Shown here: piece by piece, positions 55,938 to 63,927 of the stretch
Layout of the letters: every line of letters begins with the position of its first letter
Numbering within the stretch: the stretch's first letter is position 1
From: Flavimaricola sp.
Lineage (GTDB): Bacteria > Pseudomonadota > Alphaproteobacteria > Rhodobacterales > Rhodobacteraceae
DNA: 64,000 bases
Direction: 5' to 3'
Assembly: GCA_020629175.1 (NCBI GenBank)
Contig: JAHDDU010000010.1
Span: 5,788 to 69,787 of the forward strand
The notes under the pieces: model-generated
What the model was told of the DNA's origin: nothing
What the model saw: only the letters and a program-made list of their open reading frames with translations
The model's database searches: none
Made by a program: the position numbers and the translations under genes

Positions 55938-57278
55938 TCAGCCTTTGCCCTTCCACGGCACCATCCAGCGCTCGAGCATTCGCACCAGCATGTCGATGGC
56001 GAAACCCACAATGCCGATGACAATGATACCAAAGATCACGATGGCCGTGGCCTGGAACTTGGACGCCACCATGATCATCATACCGACACCCTGGCTCGCG
56101 GCCACAAGCTCGGCGGCCACAACTGTACCCCAGGCAACCCCCATCGCGACACGTGCGGCGGTGAATATTTCGGGCAGAGAGTTCGGGATAATGACGTGGC
56201 GCATGATCTGCCATTTGCTGGCACCCAGCGAATAGGCCGCGTGCACTTTGGAAATCCGCACACCAGATACGCCTGATCGCGCGCCAATGGCCATGATCCA
56301 CAGCGACGCAAGGAACAGCAGAACGATCTTGCCCTCCTCCCCGATGCCAAACCACAAGATGACAAGCGGGATCAGCGCGAGCGGCGGCACCGGGCGCATA
56401 AACTCCACAATCGGATCAAACCAGCCGCGGAACCAATCGCTCAGACCCATCGCATAGCCCAGCGGAATGCCCACAATCGCGCCCAACAGGAAACCAACGA
56501 TCACGCGAAAGATCGAAAACCCAAGGTGCTCTGCAAACGAAAAGTTGCGGAAGCCGTCATTCCAGATGTCCTTCGCCGTCTGCCATACAGCCTCGGGCGG
56601 CGGCAGATAAAGCGCCTCCATCTGCAGGCCCTGGTTCGGCGTCACGTTCAGCGTGCCACGATCGGTCATAACAACCGTACCGAACCCAACAGAGACCGAT
56701 CCACCGCGCTCAATCGACTCGCCATTGATCGCAGTGACCTCGGCCCCATCGCGGCGTGTCGTTTCGTCATTACCATCAAACAGGAGCAGTTCGCTACGGA
56801 ATGGCTCGACCACGATGCTGTCGTTCTTGGCAAAGCCATCGCCCAACTCAACCTCGGGCGCGTCCGGGATCTCTTCCCCCTGCCCTGGCATCAGGACGCT
56901 GACAGTTGCATCATCCGTGCTGCCGTCCTCTGCCGTTAGCGTATAGGTGAATTCGCCCTCTCCCGCATGCGGGCCTGGGACGTGCAAAAAGCCCGGCACC
57001 CAGTTGCTGGCCGTGAACATGCCCCAAAGGACAAAGATTGCAACGACTGACACGACAGACGCGACCGTGTTCGACGCCACAGCGCTTTCATCGCCAAACG
57101 TCACTGTTTTGAGCGAGCTGTAGTCTTTCTTTGGCGTCAGAAGCCGCTTGACCCCATTCCAGATGAGCAAGGCCACAAGGATAAGCGCGATATACCCCGC
57201 AAGGTATGGGATCGCGAAGAGTACGCCCGACAAAACCGTCCAGGTTTCTTCACCCAGTTTTGCGAAAAGTTCGCTCAT
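55938..57278 (-). CDS. ABC transporter permease (TauC/SsuC-like core) with a 225-aa N-terminal extension
   Basis: 446 aa. The canonical core starts near LPPPEAVW. EAA loop KVHAAYSLGASKWQI..HV..P. ATGA overlap with the ATPase gene. Confidence 0.85.
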   Translation of the reverse strand: MSELFAKLGEETWTVLSGVLFAIPYLAGYIALILVALLIWNGVKRLLTPKKDYSSLKTVTFGDESAVASNTVASVVSVVAIFVLWGMFTASNWVPGFLHVPGPHAGEGEFTYTLTAEDGSTDDATVSVLMPGQGEEIPDAPEVELGDGFAKNDSIVVEPFRSELLLFDGNDETTRRDGAEVTAINGESIERGGSVSVGFGTVVMTDRGTLNVTPNQGLQMEALYLPPPEAVWQTAKDIWNDGFRNFSFAEHLGFSIFRVIVGFLLGAIVGIPLGYAMGLSDWFRGWFDPIVEFMRPVPPLALIPLVILWFGIGEEGKIVLLFLASLWIMAIGARSGVSGVRISKVHAAYSLGASKWQIMRHVIIPNSLPEIFTAARVAMGVAWGTVVAAELVAASQGVGMMIMVASKFQATAIVIFGIIVIGIVGFAIDMLVRMLERWMVPWKGKG

Positions 57279-58081
57279 GATGCAGCCTCCGTCCGGCCCA
57301 TAATCTCTTCTTCCATGTCCCAGATCATTGCGAGAATCTCATCCCGCGTTGTCCCGAAATCAGGATGCTTTTTGACCTGACGCAGATCGGCACCCACGCC
57401 CATTTCCGCGAACGGCAAATTGTATTCCTTGTGAATACGCCCCGGACGCGGCGCCATCACGATCAGGCGTTCCCCCAAAAGCAACGCCTCTTCAACGGAG
57501 TGCGTAATCAGGATGATCGTCTTGCCTGTCTCTTTCCATAGCTTCAGGACGAGGCCTTGCATTTTTTCACGCGTCAGCGCGTCCAGCGCGCCAAGCGGCT
57601 CGTCCATCAAAATCACGTCGGGCTCGTTACACAGACAGCGGGCCAAGGCCACACGCTGCTGCATCCCGCCAGAGAGTTCGTACACCGCCTTCTCTTTGAA
57701 ATCCCCGAGGCCCACGACGTCTAAAAGGTGATCCACTTTCTCGCGCTTTTCCGCCTTGGGCATGCCCTTCATCGACGGGCCAAACCCCACGTTCTCGCGC
57801 ACGTTCATCCACTCAAACAGCGCGCCTTGCTGGAACACCATACCCCGCTCAGGGCTGGGACCGGTCACAACCGAATTGTTGAGGTTGATCGTTCCCTCGG
57901 TCGGCGCAAGGAAACCTGCAACGATGTTCAAAAGCGTGGTCTTACCGCAACCAGACGGTCCAAGAACCGAAAGCAGCTCGCCTTTTTTGAGGTTGATGGA
58001 AACGTCCTTCAATGCCTGGACCGAACTGCCATTGGGCAGATCGAACCGCATCGAAAGCTTGTCGATGACGAGATCGCTCAT
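57275..58081 (-). CDS. ABC transporter ATP-binding protein (TauB/SsuB-like)
   Basis: Walker A GPSGCGKTT, signature LSGGMQQR, Walker B ILMDEPL. Confidence 0.92.
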   Translation of the reverse strand: MSDLVIDKLSMRFDLPNGSSVQALKDVSINLKKGELLSVLGPSGCGKTTLLNIVAGFLAPTEGTINLNNSVVTGPSPERGMVFQQGALFEWMNVRENVGFGPSMKGMPKAEKREKVDHLLDVVGLGDFKEKAVYELSGGMQQRVALARCLCNEPDVILMDEPLGALDALTREKMQGLVLKLWKETGKTIILITHSVEEALLLGERLIVMAPRPGRIHKEYNLPFAEMGVGADLRQVKKHPDFGTTRDEILAMIWDMEEEIMGRTEAAS

Positions 58082-58179
58082 TGTAAATGTCCCGGTTGGA
58101 TCAGGCCTCTCTCAGGGGCCCTTAGTGCATTGTCATGCAGGCAAACATCGACCCATCAATAGGGCCAATTGGATTAAGG

Positions 58180-58205
58180 GCAGCAGGCCAACGCCTGCTG
58201 CCCCC
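58180..58205 (-). other. Intercistronic 10-bp GC hairpin between the SBP and ATPase genes
   Basis: GGGCAGCAGG-6 nt-CCTGCTGCCC, a perfect stem with no clear U-run. Typical position for an mRNA-stabilising or attenuating hairpin after an SBP gene. Confidence 0.55.
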
Positions 58206-58212
58206 AAAAGTC

Positions 58213-59220
58213 TTAGTTGGAAACGCCGGACAGCGGACCTGTGTTCACAGCGCCGGAGTAGTCATCCAGAGCCGATGGGATCGAACCGCTCTCAACGAAG
58301 ACGCCAGCAACACCGCCCATGAATGTCTGGGCGTTGCCGCCGAGCCATGCCTCAGACAGCTGCTCTTCAACTGTTGGGAAGACGAATGTCGCCAGCGTTG
58401 CCGCTGTAGCATCCATGTCCATACCAGCGTCCTGAGCGATCACAGGCAGCATCTCGTCTGTGTTCTCGCCCGAGTTCCACATCGCGTTGGCTTCTGCAGT
58501 GACGGCGAGGAACTGTGTGACCAGCTCGCTCTCTTCGGCGATGAAGTCCGCAGGTGCAGATGTCACGTCAAAGACGAGGATGCCGAGCGCTTCTTTTTCA
58601 GCGCCTGTCAGCAGCACGTTGCCGAACTCTGTCATGCGGCGAAGCGCACCGCCCCAACCGCAGGCCATGTCGACAGCTTCCTGAGACAGCGCAGCCGCAC
58701 CCTCAGCGGGGGCCATGTCCACGATCTCAAGCGACGCGAGGTCCACGCCAAAGTGGTCCATCTGACGCAGGAAACCGTAGTGTGCAGCCGTGCCCAGTGG
58801 CACAGCAACCTTGGAGCCTGCCAGATCGCCAGCGTTCTCTGCCGTGATCTCACGGCCTGCGCTCACAACACAGTTGTCGTTGTCAGCGTAGGAAACCGCA
58901 ACGTCGAGGATTTGGATGTCCTGACCGGCAGAGGCTGCAACCACGAAGGGTGGAACACCCTGGCTGACAGAGATGTGCACATCACCGGATGCCATAGCGG
59001 CAGACATCGCTGTACCGGTGTCAAAGCTAACCCAGTTGATGTCGACGCCCATGGCTTCTTCGTACATGCCCTGAACTTTTGCGAACTGGAATGGCATTGG
59101 CCACTCGAGGAAATACGCAACTGTGATCTCTTCCAGGTGGCCCGCAGCTGTTGCTGTCTGAGCACCGGCGAGCAGTGCCATACCGGCGGCCGCACCTGTG
59201 AGGTATGTTTTGAGTTTCAT
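58213..59220 (-). CDS. ABC transporter substrate-binding protein, TauA-like (taurine/sulfonate class)
   Basis: 335 aa. Signal peptide. ITVAY......P...A........G..I.W..FD.G......A.ASGDV.I......P...AAS is colinear with E. coli TauA as recalled. Confidence 0.7.
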   Translation of the reverse strand: MKLKTYLTGAAAGMALLAGAQTATAAGHLEEITVAYFLEWPMPFQFAKVQGMYEEAMGVDINWVSFDTGTAMSAAMASGDVHISVSQGVPPFVVAASAGQDIQILDVAVSYADNDNCVVSAGREITAENAGDLAGSKVAVPLGTAAHYGFLRQMDHFGVDLASLEIVDMAPAEGAAALSQEAVDMACGWGGALRRMTEFGNVLLTGAEKEALGILVFDVTSAPADFIAEESELVTQFLAVTAEANAMWNSGENTDEMLPVIAQDAGMDMDATAATLATFVFPTVEEQLSEAWLGGNAQTFMGGVAGVFVESGSIPSALDDYSGAVNTGPLSGVSN

Positions 59221-59294
59221 TGAAGTAGTCTCCCTTTTGGTGGCTCATGGCTGAGCCGGATACAGGGGCAGGTTCGTCCCGCCTCATGTCAATT

Positions 59295-59311
59295 GCAAGC
59301 GCAGCGCTTGC
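59295..59311. promoter_or_regulatory. Perfect 8-1-8 palindrome GCAAGCGC-A-GCGCTTGC
   Basis: Read directly. Lies 75 bp upstream of the TauA-like ATG (59220) in the divergent intergenic region. Confidence 0.4.
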
Positions 59312-59601
59312 GTCGCAACAAATTTGATCACGTTCCGTCGGACTTGAATAGCCCAAGTTGTCTGATCCCGAACACAGTATCGTGGTCACCCGGTCCGGCT
59401 GGTCGGTTCCCGCCGTCTCACACACGTCCACGACACGCGCCCAAGCGAATGAAAATTGGACACCTGCGTCAATCAATCATTGAAAAGCACTAGCAGCCCT
59501 TAGGCCGGTCCGCCTCTGAGCCACCGTCCATCGCATCCTTTAAAATCAAATGGTTACGTCAGCGTTTTCCGCAGAAATCGCTCCAAAATGAGACTTTTTG
59601 G

Positions 59602-59701
59602 CTATATGCAACCGATAGTTTTGGCCCTATCGGGAATGCCAACCTGCCCCAAAGACTGCATATAGAATGGGCAGTTGCGAAATTGGATTCGGGCTGCACC
59701 C
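59602..59701 (+). promoter_or_regulatory. Candidate structured cis-regulatory RNA in the aminotransferase leader (nested helices plus pseudoknot/alternative pairing)
   Basis: 9-bp perfect helix 59602-59610/59657-59665 encloses a 7-bp perfect hairpin 59612-59618/59627-59633. CTGCCC 59644-59649 is complementary to GGGCAG 59669-59674, which can alternatively pair with CTGC(A)CCC 59694-59701. Confidence 0.35.
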
Positions 59702-59735
59702 CTTTGCACGACAAATCGATTGATGGAGCGCCCCG

Positions 59736-61118
59736 ATGGACCTGATGCAAAACGACCCCCGCCACGTGATCGAAGCAGACCGCGCCAACGTGTGGCATCA
59801 TCTGATTCAGCACAAGCCTTTTGAAACCGTTGATCCCCGCATCATTGTTGAAGGGAAAGGTCTCAAAGTCTGGGACATCAATGGCAAGGAACACATCGAT
59901 TCCGTGTCTGGTGCTGTTTGGACCGTAAACGTAGGCTACGGCCGCGAGCAGATCGCCGATGCGGTCCGCGACCAGTTGGTCAAAATGTGCTACTTCGCTG
60001 GCGTCGCAGGCTCCGTGCCCGGCGCCAACTTTGCCAAACGTCTGATTGAAAAGATGCCCGGCCTTGACCGGGTTTACTATGCCAACTCTGGGTCCGAGGC
60101 GAACGAGAAGGCGTTCAAAATGGTCCGCCAGATCAGCCACAAGTACTACGGCGGCAAAAAGCACAAGATCCTCTACCGCGACCGTGACTACCACGGCACA
60201 ACCATCGCCACTCTGTCGGCTGGCGGTCAGGAAGAGCGCAACGCCCAGTATGGCCCCTTCACACCGGGTTTCGTCAAAGTCCCGCACTGCCTCGAATACC
60301 GCGCACAAGAAGAATACGCGGGCGACAGCTATGGCATCAAAGCCGCTGAAGCCATCGAAGAGGTCATCCTGCGCGAAGGCCCCGAAACCGTCGGCGCCCT
60401 CTGCCTCGAGCCCATCACCGCAGGCGGCGGCATCATCGTGCCCCCCAAAGGCTATTGGGAAAAAGTGCAGGAGATCTGCAAAAAGTACGACATCCTTCTC
60501 CACATCGACGAGGTCGTCTGCGGCCTTGGCCGCACCGGCACTTGGTTCGGCTACCAGCAGTTCGGCGTGCAGCCCGACATCGTTACAATGGCCAAAGGCG
60601 TGGCCTCCGGCTATGCGGCGATTTCGTGCTGTGTCACCACGAACAAGGTCTTTGACATGTTCAAGGACGACACGGACAAGATGGGCTACTTCCGCGATAT
60701 CTCCACCTTCGGCGGCTGCACCGCAGGCCCGACAGCGGCGCTTGAGAACATGAAGATCATCGAGGACGAAGACCTGACCGGCAACTCGGTCCGCATGGGC
60801 GCATACATGGCTGAAAAAACAGCCGAGCTGATGGACAAGTACGATTGCATCGGCGACACCCGCGGCATGGGTCTGTTCCAGGGGATCGAGCTGGTCAAAG
60901 ACCGCGACACCAAAGAGCCCGTCGACGAAGCCATCACCTATGGCATCGTGGCCGACTGTATGGCGCAAGGCACGATCATCGGCGGCACCAACCGCTCGCT
61001 GCCCGGGTTCAACAACACCCTGTTGTTCGCACCCGCGCTGATCGCGACGAAGGACGACATCGACCAAATCCTCGCCAGCGTGGACGAGGCCATCGGCCGC
61101 GTCGTCTACGGCAAATAA
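59736..61118 (+). CDS. Class-III (omega) aminotransferase; taurine--pyruvate or beta-alanine--pyruvate aminotransferase candidate
   Basis: 460 aa. YANSGSEANE, DEV.CG.GRTG, the PLP-lysine context IVTMAKG..SGY. SD GGAG lies 7 nt upstream. Confidence 0.88.
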   Translation: MDLMQNDPRHVIEADRANVWHHLIQHKPFETVDPRIIVEGKGLKVWDINGKEHIDSVSGAVWTVNVGYGREQIADAVRDQLVKMCYFAGVAGSVPGANFAKRLIEKMPGLDRVYYANSGSEANEKAFKMVRQISHKYYGGKKHKILYRDRDYHGTTIATLSAGGQEERNAQYGPFTPGFVKVPHCLEYRAQEEYAGDSYGIKAAEAIEEVILREGPETVGALCLEPITAGGGIIVPPKGYWEKVQEICKKYDILLHIDEVVCGLGRTGTWFGYQQFGVQPDIVTMAKGVASGYAAISCCVTTNKVFDMFKDDTDKMGYFRDISTFGGCTAGPTAALENMKIIEDEDLTGNSVRMGAYMAEKTAELMDKYDCIGDTRGMGLFQGIELVKDRDTKEPVDEAITYGIVADCMAQGTIIGGTNRSLPGFNNTLLFAPALIATKDDIDQILASVDEAIGRVVYGK

Positions 61119-61156
61119 GATATGCACGGGCGGGCTCTGGCCCGCCCCATGCGCTC

Positions 61157-61846
61157 ATGACGCAGACCAACCCCCTAGGCCAACCCATCGGCGCGCCGCT
61201 CGACGTTGACCTCCCGCGGCCCGCACTGCCGCATATCGCCCTCACCGGCCAGTACACCCGGCTCGCACCACTCAGCCTCGAGCATGCTCCGGCATTGCAC
61301 AAGGCCAACCGCGCCAGCACGGACAACCGCATGTGGACCTACATGCCCGACGGCCCTTTTGAAACATTGGCCGACTATACCGCATGGGTGGCCAAATCCG
61401 CCCGGTCGGAAGACCCGCTGTTTTTTACTATCATGGACGCCGCAGGCACGCCGCTCGGCACCGCCTCTTACCTGCGGATCAAGCCCGAGGTGGGCAGCGC
61501 AGAGGTTGGCTGGATCGCCATGTCGCCCGCCCTGCAACGCACCCGCACCTCGACCGAGGCGATGTATCTGATGATGCGCCATGCCTTTGACCAAGGCTAT
61601 CGCCGCTACGAATGGAAATGCGACAGCCTCAACGCCCCCTCTCGCGCAGCGGCCGAGCGCTTGGGCTTTCAATACGAAGGCACGTTCCGCCAAGCAACTG
61701 CTTACAAGGGCCGCAATCGCGACACCGCTTGGTTTGCCATTATCGACAAAGACTGGCCCGCCATCCGGGCCGAGTTCGACCGCTGGCTTGACCCCGCAAA
61801 CTTTGACGAAACCGGCATGCAGAAATCCCCTCTCCGCATGCCGTAA
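61157..61846 (+). CDS. GNAT family N-acetyltransferase (RimJ/RimL-like)
   Basis: 229 aa from ATG 61157. ..E.G.I.......RT..STEA..L....AF...YRR.EWKCD..N..S...A.RLGF..EG.FR pattern. The tracked ORF start at 60845 overlaps the aminotransferase in another frame. Confidence 0.8.
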   Translation: MTQTNPLGQPIGAPLDVDLPRPALPHIALTGQYTRLAPLSLEHAPALHKANRASTDNRMWTYMPDGPFETLADYTAWVAKSARSEDPLFFTIMDAAGTPLGTASYLRIKPEVGSAEVGWIAMSPALQRTRTSTEAMYLMMRHAFDQGYRRYEWKCDSLNAPSRAAAERLGFQYEGTFRQATAYKGRNRDTAWFAIIDKDWPAIRAEFDRWLDPANFDETGMQKSPLRMP

Positions 61847-61852
61847 AGGGGT

Positions 61853-62710
61853 CTAGGCTTCGTCCCACAGCACCCAAATGCTGGCGCACAGGATCATCGC
61901 CACTCCGGCCCAGATCCAGCCCTCGGGCGCAAAACCAAAGGCCAGAAACCCGAACAGCACATTCAGCGGCAGTTTGAGATGGTCAAACGGCTGGAGATAC
62001 GCAGCATCGGCCCGCCTGTAGGCGCTGGCCAGCGCATATTGCGCAATCGCTGTAAACACGCCCGCCAGTGCGACGATCATCAACGCATCGCCAGACACCC
62101 CAAATCCCGTGGGCACGGCAAGTGCAAAATTCACCGGCACCAGCAGCGCCAAGAGCCAGAATGTCAGGCTGCCCGCATCCTCGCGCAACGCGAGCCGTTT
62201 GGTCAGGACCGAAGACGCGGCCCAGAATGCAGCGGCGGCCAACGGATACAGCGTGGCCGTGCCAAAGCCATCAGACCACGGCGCTAGAACCACAACACCG
62301 CCCAACAGGCCCAGTGTCACAGCGCCCCATCGCGCCGGCGTCACCCGCTCGCCCAGAATAACGGCGGCCCCAAGCGTGACAAAAACCGGTGACAGCAGGA
62401 TCAACGAAATCGCCTGCCAGATCGGCACATATGCCAACCCATACACCCAGAACTGTACCCCCACAGCGGCCAGAGCCACGCGGGCCATCTGCCAGCCCCA
62501 GGCCCCGTCGCGCAGCGCGGCACGTGTATCAATCAGCGGCAACACCAGAATCAGAGCCACGGCATATTGCCAAAACACCACCGCCGCCGGGGTCGCCCCC
62601 AACCGCATCGTGGCCCATTGCACGGCGAGGTTTACAGCCGCAAAGGCCACCCCTGCGACAATCATCAAAATGGCCCCCAGAAGGGCCGTGTTTCCATTTA
62701 ATCGGGTCAT
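61853..62710 (-). CDS. DMT superfamily (EamA-like) transporter
   Basis: From MTRLNGNTALLGA... with 10 TM helices. SD AAAGGA lies 7 nt before ATG 62710. Confidence 0.8.
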   Translation of the reverse strand: MTRLNGNTALLGAILMIVAGVAFAAVNLAVQWATMRLGATPAAVVFWQYAVALILVLPLIDTRAALRDGAWGWQMARVALAAVGVQFWVYGLAYVPIWQAISLILLSPVFVTLGAAVILGERVTPARWGAVTLGLLGGVVVLAPWSDGFGTATLYPLAAAAFWAASSVLTKRLALREDAGSLTFWLLALLVPVNFALAVPTGFGVSGDALMIVALAGVFTAIAQYALASAYRRADAAYLQPFDHLKLPLNVLFGFLAFGFAPEGWIWAGVAMILCASIWVLWDEA

Positions 62711-62972
62711 GCAAACATCCTTTCTTTGCGCATGAAACCCAAGGCAAAGACAGGCCAAGTGCTGCGCTCCCGCACCGCACTCTCCCGCTCTCTCTCATCC
62801 GGACTATGACCGTCGGCTCTGGAATTGCACCAGATCTGCTGACCCTCGACATTGCCGAGGCGCTCGCGGGCTTTCACCGCCGGTGGGGAATTCCACCCCG
62901 CCCTGAGAACGTCACCGGACCAATCGCCGGCGACGTCAGATTAGCAGCACAAGAATGTATATCAATGGTGTA

Positions 62973-63656
62973 TCAATTCAGGCAGACAATCTGCACAATG
63001 GCCGCGCTAGCCTCTGCTGCGCGACTTTGAATTGTCGGCGCATTGCCACCCAGTTGGATCACCGCACCCGGAATGACGGGGGAGGCGGTATAGGCCACAT
63101 CAGCCGCGTCCAAGAACCGAAAGAGCTGTTCAGAGCTGACAGCAAAATTCACATTCTGCGCCTGATCAAATGCGGCGGCAGACAGGGTGGCAGCCACCAC
63201 TCCGATCACGAGGCCGTTCTCATCCAGAAGCGGTCCACCGGAGTTGCCAGGCTGGATCGGTGCGGACATCTGGATGTAGCGCGCGTCGCCCTGTGGGCCC
63301 ACCTGCGCATTCACCTCTCCCATGGTCGTGCGCATCACGGCGTCCAGCAGGGTCGGCAAAGGAAAGCCTGCAACGGCGACCGGCTCTCCGATCATCGGCG
63401 GCCTCTGCCGCACGGCGAGCTTGTGGGTCACCGCCGGGTTCGGCGCGTGAACCAGCGCCAGATCAGCGACAGGATCGGTGATCACGCTGATGGCCGCAGC
63501 CCCGCCCACCTGAACCGCCGCGCAGTCGTCGACGACATGCCGATTGGTCAGTGCCCACCCCTGATCATTGAGGTAAAATCCTGTGCCCGTTTCGGCCAGT
63601 GCCGCCGTTCCCAGCATCCCTGCCGCCAGTCCGACCATGATCATCGAGCCACGCAT
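62973..63656 (-). CDS. Secreted trypsin-like serine protease (S1 family)
   Basis: From MRGSMIMVGLAAGMLGTAALA (signal). TNRHVV (His), catalytic-Ser motif GNSGGPLLD. SD GTGAGGA. Confidence 0.8.
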   Translation of the reverse strand: MRGSMIMVGLAAGMLGTAALAETGTGFYLNDQGWALTNRHVVDDCAAVQVGGAAAISVITDPVADLALVHAPNPAVTHKLAVRQRPPMIGEPVAVAGFPLPTLLDAVMRTTMGEVNAQVGPQGDARYIQMSAPIQPGNSGGPLLDENGLVIGVVAATLSAAAFDQAQNVNFAVSSEQLFRFLDAADVAYTASPVIPGAVIQLGGNAPTIQSRAAEASAAIVQIVCLN

Positions 63657-63800
63657 CTGCGTCCTCACTTTCGTTTGCCCTGTGCCTAGCACGCCCAGTC
63701 ATCCGGGGGCCAGAGCTCTAAGGCCAGTCCACAACGCTGCACAGGTCTTTGACGGACAACAAGGACCACCACTTGGCCGTGCCACAAGATAGGCACGCGC

Positions 63801-63844
63801 ATGTGCATCTGTTGTGCATGGGATGTGCATCGCTCGTGCATCAG
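63801..63844 (+). repeat. Four tandem 11-bp units each carrying GTGCAT (candidate regulator-binding array)
   Basis: atGTGCATctg / ttGTGCATggg / atGTGCATcgc / tcGTGCATcag. Hexamers start at 63803, 63814, 63825 and 63836. Confidence 0.7.
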
Positions 63845-63927
63845 AAATTTCGACAGGATTTATCGGCGGCACCGGTTGCAAAAACAGCGCCATAAGTCCA
63901 AGTTGGCCGCCAAATAAGGCCAGACCC

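Noticed and set aside
59559-61127. 522-aa ORF on the minus strand, exactly antisense to the aminotransferase
   Set aside because: Shadow ORF typical of GC-rich DNA. It has no recognisable motifs and a V/D/A/G/H-rich composition. The plus strand carries an unmistakable class-III aminotransferase with SD and PLP-lysine motif.
62389-63030. 213-aa plus-strand ORF (ending ...MTVGSGIAPDLLTLDIAEALAGFHRRWGIPPRPEN...)
   Set aside because: Most of it is antisense to the DMT gene. The remainder crosses an intergenic region with no start-site support. The Pro/Arg/Ser-rich translation looks non-protein-like.
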